NCBI GenBank assembly: GCA_964019335.1
Contig: OZ025658.1
Span: 248,001-312,000, forward strand
Origin: Diplonema japonicum
Taxonomy: Eukaryota; Protista; Euglenozoa: Diplonemea
Direction of reading: 5' to 3'
Length of the DNA: 64,000 nt
Shown here: positions 42,224 to 54,485 of the stretch, in pieces
Layout: every line of letters begins with the position of its first letter
Position numbering within the stretch: position 1 is the stretch's first letter
Program-made: the position numbers and the translations under genes
The notes under the pieces: generated by a model
What the model saw: only the letters and a program-made list of their open reading frames with translations
Databases searched by the model: none
What the model was told of the DNA's origin: nothing

Positions 42224-44405
42224 CTAGCTCGGCGGTGGTTGTTTTGCTGAAAAGAAAAAAAATCTTTTTTAATTTTTCCCCTCCTTCTTCCATACCCATA
42301 TCATAGTTACGCACTACAGCTGACGGGACCGTGCCATAATTAACGGTATCTATCTCATCATCTTCGCCTGTATTGTCGCCATAAGGCTGAGACGACGCAA
42401 GCTTCGAGTTGCTGAAGCTGGGTACTGCCTGAGTGTCCATGCTTAGGGCTGGTTTTGGGTTTTCTTTCCTGTTTTTTTTTCTTTTTTTTTTCCCCCCTAA
42501 GTTTACATACATTTCGATCACAACCTCATTGTTGCTGCTTTCCACTGTTTGAAGGCTTTCTCTTACTGGATGCGTTGCGGCAGTGTTCAGACTTTCCTTC
42601 ACAGAGGCGGGCTGCTCGACAGACGTGTTGATCGATGTCTTATTCCGAGACGCAGTGTCGGTGGAGTGATTCGCGATCAACTGTCTGATATTCTCGTCAA
42701 CATGGTCCGCTTTAGTGAAATCAGCGTTTGCAGATTCTCCGCCTTCGTGTAGGTCCAGCCAGGGGTGGGTGAGAAGCTCCGCCACACTGGGGCGTTCCTT
42801 GGGGTCTCGTTTTAAACACCGAAGAATAAAATTCTGGCATTCATTAGACAAGTTCGTTGGGATGTCTGGTATCGCATCTGTGTTCGCAATGTGATATATC
42901 GCAGCCCAGTGCGTTGCGAATTCGGGCCATGGGGGCTTCCCTTTATTCAGGATTTCTACTGTGGTGCAGCCAAGCGACCAAACATCAACTTTTTCATTGT
43001 GTTCGGTTTCACCTGCGTTGGTTATCATCTCCGGTGCCATCCAGTTCGGCGTGCCTGTAATGGTCTTAGCTATTGTTGGGTTCTCCAGATTCCGGATGTT
43101 CTTCGAGCTTCCGAAATCGGATATTTTACAGACCCCCTCCGAGGTGTCGACCAGTACATTGTCACCCTTCAGGTCTCTGTGCACAATACCGTGTTCATGG
43201 AGGTACGCCACACCAGAGAGAACCTGCTTCATGTACCTGATAGCTTGTGCTTCGCTGAGGTGGTCGTCGATGGTTCTTACAAGACGTGCTAACGAGCCCC
43301 CTTGAACATATTCCATGAAGAGTTGTATGTTGCCCTCCTCTCTGTTGTAGCACGCGTAGAAGTAGCGGACGATATTCGGGTGGTTCAGATCTTTCATGGT
43401 GACGATTTCCCGCATGTATGTTTGAAGCTCTTCTTCCTGTTGCCCGCCGACTTCAAGCTGTTTGCACGCTAGCGCGGAACCACCCGGGAGGAGAACCAAG
43501 TACACGGTTCCGAACTGCCCTCTTCCGAGAATCTTACCCTTTGTCCAACCTCCGGAATGAAGCGATGCGAGAATAGGTGCTGTATCCTTCTCGGGGTTTA
43601 CCTGCATGACAACTTGAAGCTGGTCTTTTTCCATTTGTTTGTTCCGGTAAATGTATATGATGATCGCGATCGCGGCGATGCAAAGAAGAGAGCCCAGCAC
43701 GGTGGGGACCACGATAGCTACAAGTAGGATGTCATCTCCGGAATTCGACTTCACTAGCAAAGCCGCACACGATTCGTCTAAATTATACTGTTTACACTCG
43801 ATGGACTTCGGGTATCGAAAGATACAGACATCAGTAGTCCAGTCGTTCCTGGCGTCACAATGAATGTCGCCGCAGTCCAAATACTTATCGACGCATTCCT
43901 TTGTACACATAGCGTTACGGTCGCTCAAGCACGGTAGCTTCCTTACACAGTCGTCCTTGAATCGCCTCCATTCGTTTTGCGGGCATGGGATGGGGCAGCT
44001 TGAGATTCCAATGTCGATTAACGTTTTTGTGGGGTCCTTGGATTGGGTTTGGTTCAAGTACAGGTAGTACCCTTTCATGCCGTCCATCGTCTCGTGGCCC
44101 GCGCATTTTGCTTCGGTGATTGAGTGCATGCAGTTGATATATTTGCAAAAAGGGTCGCTTTCTACAGGAACTACCACATCTGCGATTTGTGGGTGGCCGA
44201 AGAGAACAGTGTTCCAGCAAGTGCAGTTTGGGTTGTTTTGTGGGCAGCAGTGGTTTAAGCAAAGGTTGATGGCGTCTCTTGTTTCCACTTCAGGGGTCGA
44301 TGCGGGCCCGCAGTTCGCAGAAGCATCGGGCATCCCATCTGCTGTAATCGCGAACAATACAAGGATTGCAACCGCAGGTTGAAGAATTACGGTGTTAATA
44401 GGCAT
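42224..44405 (-). CDS. Receptor-type STE11/MAP3K-like kinase (signal peptide, Cys-rich ectodomain, TM, kinase); introns 42469-42510 and 42247-42295
   Basis: Motifs GRGQFGTV, HPNIVRY, HRDLKGDN, DFG, GTPNWMAPE, DVWSLGCT and GKPPW. Confidence 0.9.
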
Positions 44406-44979
44406 TTTTTTTTTTCTTCTTTTTTCCCCTCTTCCCTTCCTCCCCTCCCCCCCTCGTTCTGTTTTTTTGTTTTTGTTGGGGTATAGATAGGGGAGGGGGG
44501 GAAAAAAAAAGGGGGTGTTCTGCCAAAATGCTACTTTGTTGCAAGCGGGCTTTTGAATCGGCACATCGACAGCATGGGGGCAGACTTAAGAAGAAAGAAA
44601 GAAAAGAAGAAGAAAAAGGAGTGGTATAAAAAATAATAAAGGGGGGGGAATAATAAAAGGAGGGGATATATACGAAGAAGAAAGAATGGGAAAAAAGAAA
44701 AAAAAGACTTGCCAGAGTAGAAAAGAAAAAGAAAAATAACCATAAGGGGGAACCAAAAACTAAACAAAATGTTCAAATTGGGTGGTAGCATATGTGGTGA
44801 TGCTTTCACGTTCATTTTTTTTTTTTTTTTTTTTTTTAAACACGGAAGGGAAAATAAGGAAAAAAAAGGAAAAAAAAACTAGTTTGGCGCTCCATTTGTT
44901 TGTGCGCACGAGCGGAATTTTACCTAATAAAATAGCTCATTACGCTGCCATCAACTAGTTTTTAGTCTCGACAATAATA

Positions 44980-45022
<43 letters not shown>

Positions 45023-46247
45023 ACACACACACAATGGGATCAATGTGCTGCAAACAACAAGGCAGAGAAAGGGGGGGGGGGGGGGTAGAGAAAGACACAG
45101 TCGGCAAGCAAAGTCACTGGTGATTTTTTTTTTTTCTTCTCCCGCGGACAGTAGGTATCGCTTCGAAAGGTGGTAATTGGGCGGAAGGGGGATTTCTTTT
45201 TTGGTTTTTTTTTTTGTAGAATTGCAACGAGTAATAGTTTTCCACGAAACACTGGAGGGAAAAGGAGGGGGAAGGGGTCAAAAGCCGACTAAAAGCCGGG
45301 GTTTTCGGTGATCTAAAAAAAAAAAAAAAAAAAAAAAAGAAAAAAGTTCTTAAGTGCTCCCAACCATCCTACCCAGACACAAAAAGAACCCTGGCCCGGT
45401 TGGGCACTATCTGATCCCCCCCCTTTTTTTTTGAATTTTACCGCACAGTCTTGGTAGATGGTATGGTTCGGAACACAGAATCCGATTTTTTTTGGGGGGG
45501 GGATCAAGGAAAAGAAAAACGTATTCAAGATTGATCCCTGACTAACCGCGCAACTTTAGTAGGTATTTGAGCTGATCCCACACCTTGTTCCTTAAACTGC
45601 GTCTTTTTGCAATTCAGTCGTGAATCGGATGCATTCGGGGGGGTGTAAGAAAAAAAAAACTAAATAAGAAAATACTTACGAAAAGGCTCAAACCCACCCC
45701 CTCATTTTTTCCCCCCCCCTTTTAATTTCGCCCTCCCTTCTTTTATTAGCAACCGCGCGAGGACAGGGTTTAAATAAATCCAAGAAAAAAAAATTAAAAA
45801 AATGTATTTACCAACATTCTTTTCTTTTTTTTTTTTTTCATTCCTTTTTTTTTTTGTTCTCGTTTGTTTATTTTTTTATTTCTTTTTAATGAGCCCCATT
45901 AAAAAAAAACCGTTCAAAAAAGAAAAAGCTCCAGATTGTCCTTCAAAAGGCGGGCTTTGGGGTGAGGAATCTAAGGGGAAGTGGGAGTGAGCAGAGGGCA
46001 TTAATTTAAAGTCCCCCCCCCTTGTTTCCTAAACTACATTTTTCTTCATTTTTCTTTTTCAAAGGAGGTTCGTGATACACACGAAAACGAGAGTTTCAAA
46101 AAAACAAAAAACCAACTATTAAAGAAAATAAAAAAGAGACATTTAAAGATATGCGTTTTTTGTGCTCGCCGGCCTCTTCGCGCTCAAAAGAATTCACTAT
46201 GGGGGGGGGGGGGGGGCGACTGTAAGCAACAACCCACCGCAAAAAAA

Positions 46248-46305
46248 GAGACTATTTAAGGGTGCCTGCAGTATGTGGCAGGGCGCCCTGCACAAATATC
46301 GTCTA
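46248..46305 (-). repeat. Diverged orphan copy of the retroelement 3' stem-loop
   Basis: GAGACTATTTAAGGGTGCCTGCAGTATGTGGCAGGGCGCCCTG...GTCT, with the stem preserved. Confidence 0.7.
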
Positions 46306-46588
46306 CTTGAAAAAAGTGAACCGCAAGTGAGTTTTCCCCTCCACCTCCATTTTTTTTAAAAAAGAAATGTCTTCTAATCGTCCATCCCCCTTCACTCACC
46401 CACAGAGTTATTGCTATTGCACAATCCCTCCCCCCCCCCCCCCTCCTTTTCCCCATCGCTTTTATAAAACAGGGGTTATACAAGTAGGAAAAAAAAAGTA
46501 AGAAGTGAGATGAGGGAGGGGGGGGGATAATAATACATGTTTCTTTTTTTTTTTTCGAAAAGAAAAAAAAAAGTGTTTCTATTCCTGG

Positions 46589-49188
46589 TCATTCTTCCAC
46601 TGTCAATGATTCAAGATGTGTCCCTTCTTGAGATGGCTGTGTGGGCTCTTTGTGGCGCTCGTTGACTTCTCCCTGTTCTGTTCCGATTTCATGAGGCAAC
46701 AGCTCATCAGGTCCGGGGGTGCTTTGAGGTCCATCTTCTTCCTGGAGCGACTCTTTCTTGTCATCTTTCGCTTCCATCACTTGCTTTATTTCTGTATCTT
46801 CAGGGACGCTATCGGTTTGTTCAGCTTCTCCGGGAGCGCTGATTGCGTCTTGCAACCGGGCAGGTTCCGCTGCCTCTGTCGCTTGTGCGATTTCTTCATC
46901 CTCGGGTTGTGTATTGTCTTTGCCCTGATTCACGTGTCTCACGTCGAAACTCGCATTCTCCGAAGCCGTGCCCGCCCTGATGATGTCATCCTCCCCTGTT
47001 GGAAGCTCCATGCTGTCCTCAGACCGGTCCTCGGACACAACCCCTCTTGCACACTTTTTGATGATCGGCGGCGGCGTGCGTATCATAGGAGTGGGCGAGA
47101 AGCCACCAAGCCCCATCATAGCCGGGCTAGATCTGTTTTGGTTTTTGTTGCATTCATGTTCATACCCTCCTACAGGTGACGTGGAGGTAGATGTCGAGCG
47201 CGCAGGGATGCTAGTAAAAGCACTGCTTTGCAGCCTTTCAAGTCTGCTGCCTCCGCCGGGGGGGCTGCTGTGGTTGTTTACAATGGGGAAAAAAAAAGAA
47301 GTACAAACCTGTTCTGAGGGCTACCACCGTCGCAGGTGATAAAGGAGGCCCCCCCGAGAGTCTGCCCCAAGGGCGACCCGATGCTGTAACATGACATGTT
47401 CAGAGCGGAGTTTTCGTAGTCGAACTGCGGGACTTTGATACGGTGCGCAGTGGGGCTCGCAGGGGGCACGGCAAGACCTCTTGGAGTGACAGATTGGTCG
47501 ACTAAAGGGGTCGGGCCGGGAAGGCGCTGAGGTACTGCGTAGGCATCGGTGGCGGGCGGGGCGAGGTGGCACCGGAGTGGCGGGCATGTTGAGGCACGTG
47601 GGCCGCCTGCAGGGCGTTGGTGCCGCAACGTCTTAGTGAGCACTTTCCCTGATGACGATGTTTCAGCAAGGAAAGCAGCCTCGTCCAACTGCACACCCAA
47701 GTTGACACTTTGATAGAACCAATCCGCGTTGATGACTTTGATGTTGAGCTGCATCGCCTGTTGCACCTTAACAGACTTCTCGTAACCTTCACGGTACACA
47801 AGATGCGTCACGGACTCGTCGATGTCTTCCGTGGGCAGGGCGCCCCTTTGCTCTGCCATGGTCCATTCCATCCACGCTGAGGCATGGCATGACTTGGGAA
47901 TGACCCCAGTGAAGGCGATCACCATACCAGCGAAGATGGGTGCCACGCCCTCCTTCGACAGCGGTCTTCGGTACCCGCAGCACGAACAGATGTCGAGACG
48001 TGTTTTCCACTTACAAGTAGGACATGTCCATTCTGAGAAATCAGCTGCCTCTGCCATTCTGTCTATCATGGACCGTGTGGGGCCGCACAGGCTGCTCTCC
48101 AAGGACTTCAGCTTTGATATAATCCGTTGTGTCTTTGCATGTGTCAAGCCTAGTACCTTCCGCTTGATGCGCAGCGCGGCGTTGTACTCAACATGCGCAC
48201 CGTGCATGTCGTTCTGCAGCTGCAGCGCGTGTCCAAGGTGCTCGTGAACTTCAGCTACGAATTTATTCTCGGCGTCGCCGTAATGCAGCACGAGGATGAC
48301 GAGGGCTTTGCGGTGCTCCTTGAGGCCTTCGTTTGCCTTGCCTTGGTGTTTGTACACCGCGCCGATGTTGTTCCTAGTGATAGCCACATGGGGGTGTCCC
48401 TCACCGAGTACCTCCTCTTGGATCCGAAGGGCATGCTTCAGTTCTGTCATTGCGCCCTTTAAGTTTCCCATGTCGCGTATTATAGTTGCCACTCTTGAGC
48501 GGGCTAGTGCTGTTTCAGGGTGGTTCTCGCCGACGAGTTTTACGCGGATTTTGAGAACCTCTTGGAACTGAACCATTGCTTGCTGGAGTTCGTTGCGTTC
48601 CCGTGCGTTGCACCCGTGGGTGTAGTGGTGCTGGGCTTTCTTCTCAAGCTCCGCTTTGGCGGTGGGCGTGAGGCATCGTTGTGTGTTGAGAAGCTGCTGT
48701 CGGATACTTTTGTATTCTTTGACTGTCTCTCCTACTAGTTCGTCGTATTCCCGTCCCATCCTTGCTACCCTGCACAGTCCGAGTGATGAGCTCAGCCACC
48801 GTAGGGCTCCCGAGTAGTCCCGCCGTTCTTTCATACCACCTGCTAGGGCAAGCTGATCTCGGATGGCCCGTTTATGTGATTCTATTGTCATTGACTTGCA
48901 TCCTGACCGGACGGCTGCTCCGCCCACGGTTGGATTGTGTGATGTGGCTGCCATGCAGCGTAGCAGGCTTTTTCTTTCTGTTGTGTTCGATTTCTCGCTG
49001 CTCGTGGGTGCTACTTCCTTTTTCGGTGCTGGCCGCCACTCGCCGATATACTTGCATTGCATCGCATACTTCCCGGCCGAATCAGGCAGACAGTCCAATT
49101 CACTGTCGCTGTCGACACCATCCTTCCGCCCCGCACCGTTACGCTTCCCGAGTACAATGACTTTGACACCGGGGTGCGGTTTTGTCAT
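46589..49188 (-). CDS. TPR (kinesin-light-chain-type) + RanBP2-like Zn finger + BRCT protein; acidic tail 46589-47270 probably joined by intron(s)
   Basis: GENHPETA and GEGHPHVAITRNNIG repeats, WTCPTC...CSCC, and IFAGMVIAFTG...VTHLV...INADW. Splice sites near 47270-47310 are uncertain. Confidence 0.75.
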
Positions 49189-49327
49189 CTTCTTTTTTTT
49201 AAAATTCTCTTTGTTTTTATATTTTTTTCTTCTCTTCTTCCCCCCTCCCCCTTTTGTTGCCCCCCACGCCTGATGAGAAAGAGGTTTTGATAAAAAATAG
49301 GGGGGAAAAAAAAAAGAAAAAAAAACC

Positions 49328-50032
49328 TCACATGACGCACAATTTTCTGTCTTTTTTTTTTCCTTTCAGAAAATCCTCGACCTCCCCTTTTCCATGGCAC
49401 GCGGACCCTGCGTACCTTGGCACGTTATATGGTATACATGGTTTTGGAAAGCTGGCAATGGTCCCCAGCAAGGCGGTCAACGCAGGCAAAGACAGTGGTG
49501 TAGAGGAGAGGGGTTTTTCGAGATCTGACAATGGTTCATCGTCCACATAAATGTCGCAGCAAGCATCTTCTGGATCAAGGGAGTAGTCGATGATGAGCGA
49601 GGAGAAGGGTGGGAGGAAGGATGAAAACGAAAGCTGCAGGTAAAACGGAGGGGACAGAGTAACGTCGGTAAGCAGCAATGTTTGAACGAATTGCTTTTCA
49701 ACGAGGCTTCTCTCCGTGTCTCGCAACATTATTTTTTTATAGCAAACCCAAGAATCATGGACAGATACCCTGCATGCAGCAACTACGACGTCTTCTTCGG
49801 GTGGGAACTTGCCTAGTTTTTCCCTCACATTTTCACCTCTCTCTTCCTTTTTAAACTCATTCCATGCGTGCCTCCAATCGCGCTGAACTCCCTTCCCGAA
49901 CTGGTACTTCCTGCGAAACAGCTCTTGGAAGCCTTCTTCATTGAACACCCTCAAACAGGTTGCCTCTTGTATTTCGGCTGTCGTCAAAAACTTGCATATT
50001 GTCCCCTTTACATCTGTGGTCAATTTTTCCAT
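49328..50032 (-). CDS. Hypothetical protein with possible N-terminal F-box
   Basis: MEKLTTDVKGTICKFLT...FQELFRRKY...DWRHAW resembles an F-box. Confidence 0.55.
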   Translation of the reverse strand: MEKLTTDVKGTICKFLTTAEIQEATCLRVFNEEGFQELFRRKYQFGKGVQRDWRHAWNEFKKEERGENVREKLGKFPPEEDVVVAACRVSVHDSWVCYKKIMLRDTERSLVEKQFVQTLLLTDVTLSPPFYLQLSFSSFLPPFSSLIIDYSLDPEDACCDIYVDDEPLSDLEKPLSSTPLSLPALTALLGTIASFPKPCIPYNVPRYAGSACHGKGEVEDFLKGKKKDRKLCVM

Positions 50033-50987
50033 CGTTGGCCGGGGGAGAAAGAAAGAAAAAAAAATGGGGTCAACTATAGATGGAGTTTTTTTTTTTTTAA
50101 ATTCTCGAGATATTATACAGTTGTATAAAAAAAAAGGGGGGGGAGCGAGAGAGATAAGAGAGGGAGAGGAATTGTTTGTCAAAGAAAAAAAATGGGGTGT
50201 GTATTTTTTTTTTGTATTTGTTGTTCTTAGAAAAGACGAATAAAAAGAGGGGGGGGGGGGAAGGGGCATAAAATAAATAAATAAAAAGGGAAGCATGTCT
50301 GGAAGAAAAAAAAATATTTTAGTGGAAAATAAAAATAAAAAAAGCACTACCCTAGGTGCCATTTGCATAAAAAAATTGGCGTCCGACGACGGCACTCTAT
50401 TCCCTCTTCGTTTTTTGTTTGTTTTCTTTTTGTTTTTCTTGCCCCCTTCCCCCCAGGCTTAAAAAAAAAAAAAGGAAAAACAAAGGGGTGGGAGATGGTG
50501 TTTCATAATTTAAAAGAACCCCCCCGCTTGTTTTCTGGTGGTCTTTTTCTATATTTTCGCACACAAAAAAAAAAGATTAGAAAAATCACCAAAAAAAAGT
50601 GGTCGGGAAGAAGAAAAGAAGACAAAGAAACGAGGAGATGAAAAAAAAAAAAAAAAAAAAAAAAGTGGAAGGGCTAAAAAAGAATGGGGCACCGCCCACA
50701 TAGGTTTTGTTCTTTCCCCTTCTTTCTTATCTCTTTCTCTTGGGTTCCCCTTAAAATCTTTCCCTACACATATTTTACATTTTTTTCTTCTTCCTATCCT
50801 GAGACTCTCCCCCCCGGGACACATACTTATTTTTTTTCCCCGGGGAAAAAAAAAACAATCAAGATCCAAAAAAAAAAAAAAAGAATTTTTCTTTTTTTTT
50901 CTTTTTTTTATACATCCTACTGTGAGTAATATCCACACAATCAAAAAAAAAAAGAAAAAAAAAACACAGTAGCCACCACCCCCCCTC

Positions 50988-52146
50988 TCATTTCCCGTAG
51001 AAATAACTTTGCCGCGTGTTGCGCAGCACATGGTAAATGGCAGTGTTTCCCCGTTTGCGTGCAATTTCTTCAGCGATTTGACCTTTTTTTTTTTTTTTTT
51101 TTTAATAAAGATTTCTCCCTTCCCAAGGTACCTAAAGCGTTTCTAGCACAGGGGTTCGCACCAGTATCGAGCAGCAACGACACAATGGGCAGGCTTCCCG
51201 ACCACTTCGCTGCGAGCATCAAAGGGGTGAAGCCAGTTCGGCTCCTCGCCTCGATGTTCACAGACAGCGACAACAAGAACTCCGCCTTCTCAAGATCCCC
51301 CGCTTCACAGCAAAGCATGAACGGCGTAACCCCACGTTTGTTCTTCGAGTCCAGAACAGAACCCGCCCACGCAAGCTGGACTGTAGCCTGCACCGGGGTA
51401 CGCTTCCTGGCACAACTCAAGGACAATGCCGTGTCCTTTGAAGCATCCCTCAAAAAAGGATTGGATTGATGGTGCAATAGACACCTCAAAATGTTAAAAT
51501 GCCCGTGCAAGGCCGCGTACATCAAGGGAGTCCTCCCCTTGGGATCTTGATAGTCGATATCAGTCAATGGTGCCAGAAACACCACAACAGGAAAATGTCC
51601 TTTTCGAGACGCTAGATGAAGATGAGTGGGTGAAATGGGAATGTTCGCCACCGAAACAAGGTATTTCACCGTTTTTAACGAACCTCGGGAAATGGCGCTG
51701 GTTAGTGCATCACGTGGGTTGGCACCATAAGATAGGAGTAAGCTTACCATTGAGAGCTGGTCGTTCTGTGCCGCTCGCGACAGGCTCGTGGTCTGATTGA
51801 CTATCGAATCGATGGGAACCCCAGCTTCTAGCATTAATTTTACGATTTCGTCTTCCTCTTGTCGCACTGCCTTGACCAGACCGGTGGGGCTGACCTTCCA
51901 GCCTTTTTTTCGGACCTCGAGCGCAGGGACCGCTTCATGACGCACGCCTACTTCTATTACACCGTCTCTTCCGACACCTATTTCCCAGCAGCTTTTGTTC
52001 ATCTCGCATTCCGTCATCTCATTTCCTTCGAACGAGACCCAGCCCACCTCCCACCCTGTTTTTTCTACCACTTCCCGCAAGGTTTCCGTTTGCGCCACCG
52101 TCCTTTGTTGTTCAAGGCCATCTATTCTTCGGACTATCACTTCCAT
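50988..52146 (-). CDS. Ankyrin-repeat protein with ubiquitin-like N-terminus; intron 51083-51131
   Basis: Motifs GRTPLMYAA, GVTPFML and GFTPLMLAA. Removing GTACCT..A20-G restores a final ankyrin repeat GQIAEEIARKRGNTAIYHVL. Confidence 0.9.
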
Positions 52147-52683
52147 CTTCTGAGCATTATCTTTTTTTTTTTAAATATAAAATACTCTTTTTTTTTTTTT
52201 TTTTTTTTTTTTTGAAAAAAACTGTATTCGCAAGAAGGAAATAAGAAAAAATAAAAACAAAACGAAAAGAAAAGTAAAGGAAAAAAAAAAAAAAAAAAAA
52301 GTGAGAGAGGAAATGAACAGAGGGGGAATAAAAGAGAGAGAGAGAGTATTTTTTTTAGGATCGTTTCCTATTGGGCGGAGGTTGGGAGAGAGGGATACGG
52401 ACGGTATAGAATAGTTAGAATCAAAGGGGGAGAAAGAGAACCAAAGGCATGTTTTTTTTTTCTTTCCCTCTCTCTGCTGAGAGGGAAACTATAAAAAAAA
52501 GGGGGGAGGCGGGGGTGAGGGTGTACTCTTCAAGAAAAAGAAAGGAATAGCCGTTACGTACTTACAAACTTTTTTTTTTTTTAAATTCATTATATCTTTA
52601 TTTCATTTTTTTTTCCATCACCTTTCCTTTCTTTCTTCTTGAATATGTTCCCACACACCACCACCACCACAACTTTTTTTTTC

Positions 52684-52717
<34 letters not shown>

Positions 52718-52797
52718 ACCCTTTCGATTTTTTTTTCTCCTTCGCCTTTTTTTTTTTTTTTTTTTTTCCACCTTAGGTTTTCTGCTTTTTTTTTTTC

Positions 52798-53484
52798 TTA
52801 ATATCCCTTGCCAGCGGCACTGTCCATCCTGTCCTCGCGGACGTACAGTTCTCTGCCATCCAATGGAACGTCATTGAGGGTCGTAATAGCCTGCATGGCC
52901 TGGCCTGGAGTGGCGAACTCTACAATGCCAGTACCGTTAGAGCGCCCTGTCCTGTGGTCAATGTTGATGTCCGACCTGACAACTTCACCTGCAGTCCTGA
53001 AGTGGTCCTTGAGTGTCTGCCAGCTGGTCTCCCAGGCAATGTTTTGAACGAAAACCTTGCAAGAATAGTGGTTGTTTGATGTGAACTGGCCCTGGCCCCT
53101 TCCGGTGTTGCCTCCTTTCTTGCCACCGTGGCCCTTCTTGCCTTTGAAGGAGGTGAACCCTCCACGGCCTTTGCCACCGAGGTCGCGGTCTTCCTTGTCC
53201 TGCCTCACGAAGATCCTCCTGCCCTCGAGCTCCTGGTCGTGCATGCGGATCATGACATCAGCAGCTTCTTCCGGTGTTTTGAATTCCACGATGCCGCACC
53301 CGGCAGACCGCCCTTGCCAGTCCGCCTTCACATCTGCGTACATCACCTCCTCACCGCACCTCTCGACGAAGAAGTCCTTGAGACCCTGCCACCTCACCTT
53401 GTATGGAAGGTTGCCCACGTACAACCTCTTCCCTACCTCAACCTCCTCGCCAAGGTGCTCCACTCGGACAGTCATGTGGTCGCT

Positions 53485-53487
<3 letters not shown>
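52798..53487 (-). CDS. Two-RRM protein, Gbp2/Hrb1/hnRNP-M-like
   Basis: LYVGNLPY..WQGLKDFF..GCGIVEF and VFVQNIAW.TSWQTLKDHF, with a Gly/Lys-rich linker. Confidence 0.9.
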
Positions 53488-53519
<32 letters not shown>

Positions 53520-54485
53520 TGTGTTGTCTTTTGTGTGGGTTTGCAGAATGTATTGAAGAAAAGAGGGAAAAAAAAAATGTATGGTCGGGCGCATTGGCGG
53601 CGTTTCCGGTTTACTCCTCTTTTTAAGGCTGTAAGCTTTGATCAACTCACGTCAACAGAAGTGGATGTGAGAATGTGTTGCACCACACCATGTGAGTCAT
53701 CACGGCAGCAAAGGTGGTACAGTTTTACCTTTTCAATACACTGCGTTTTGCTTGTTGCATTCTGTCCACTATTTGCTTTGTTTGCTGGAAGGGTCCGTGG
53801 GATAAATATGAACGCAAAAAGAAGAAAAGAAAGAAAAAAATTGGGAAATTGTGCGGGGGGGGAGAGGGAGGTTTAATTCACATACTACTTTCCTTTTTTT
53901 TTTTGGGTATTGAATTACCCCCTTTTTTTGTTTACAAGGATAGAGAGACCATCATTGGAAATCGCAAGGAGACCTTCCCTTGTCTTCCCTTCATCCGAGA
54001 AGTCTTAAAAGTAGTTCTTATAAGAATAATAATAGGAAGGGGGGGGGTGTTTTTTTCTCGTTCGTCCGGGCATGTTTGGAGAGGTTTATATTAAAGAAAG
54101 AAGGCGAAGGTTAAAAAAAAGAAGGGGGGGAAGGGAGGAGAGGGATAAAACCATTAACAAAATTTTCACCTACACCTTTTTCTTCTTCTTCTTCTTCTTC
54201 TTCTTCCCCCTTGCATTTTCTCAGCAAACTTCTATTTTCCCCACCCACCCACCCACCCACCCCCCTTTTTTTCTTCCAACCTCTTACTATACTTATTTTT
54301 CTTTCGCCCCCTATATAGGGGAGAAATATCTTGAATCGGGGGCCAGTGTCAATCATCACGAGCCCACCGGGGAAAAAAAAGGGAATATAAAAATAGAAAC
54401 AAGTGGGATATCTACTACTTTTTTTTTTTTTTTTTTTTTTTTGAGGTACAATTAAAAAGAAAGGGGGAGGTGAAGAGGATTGTTG

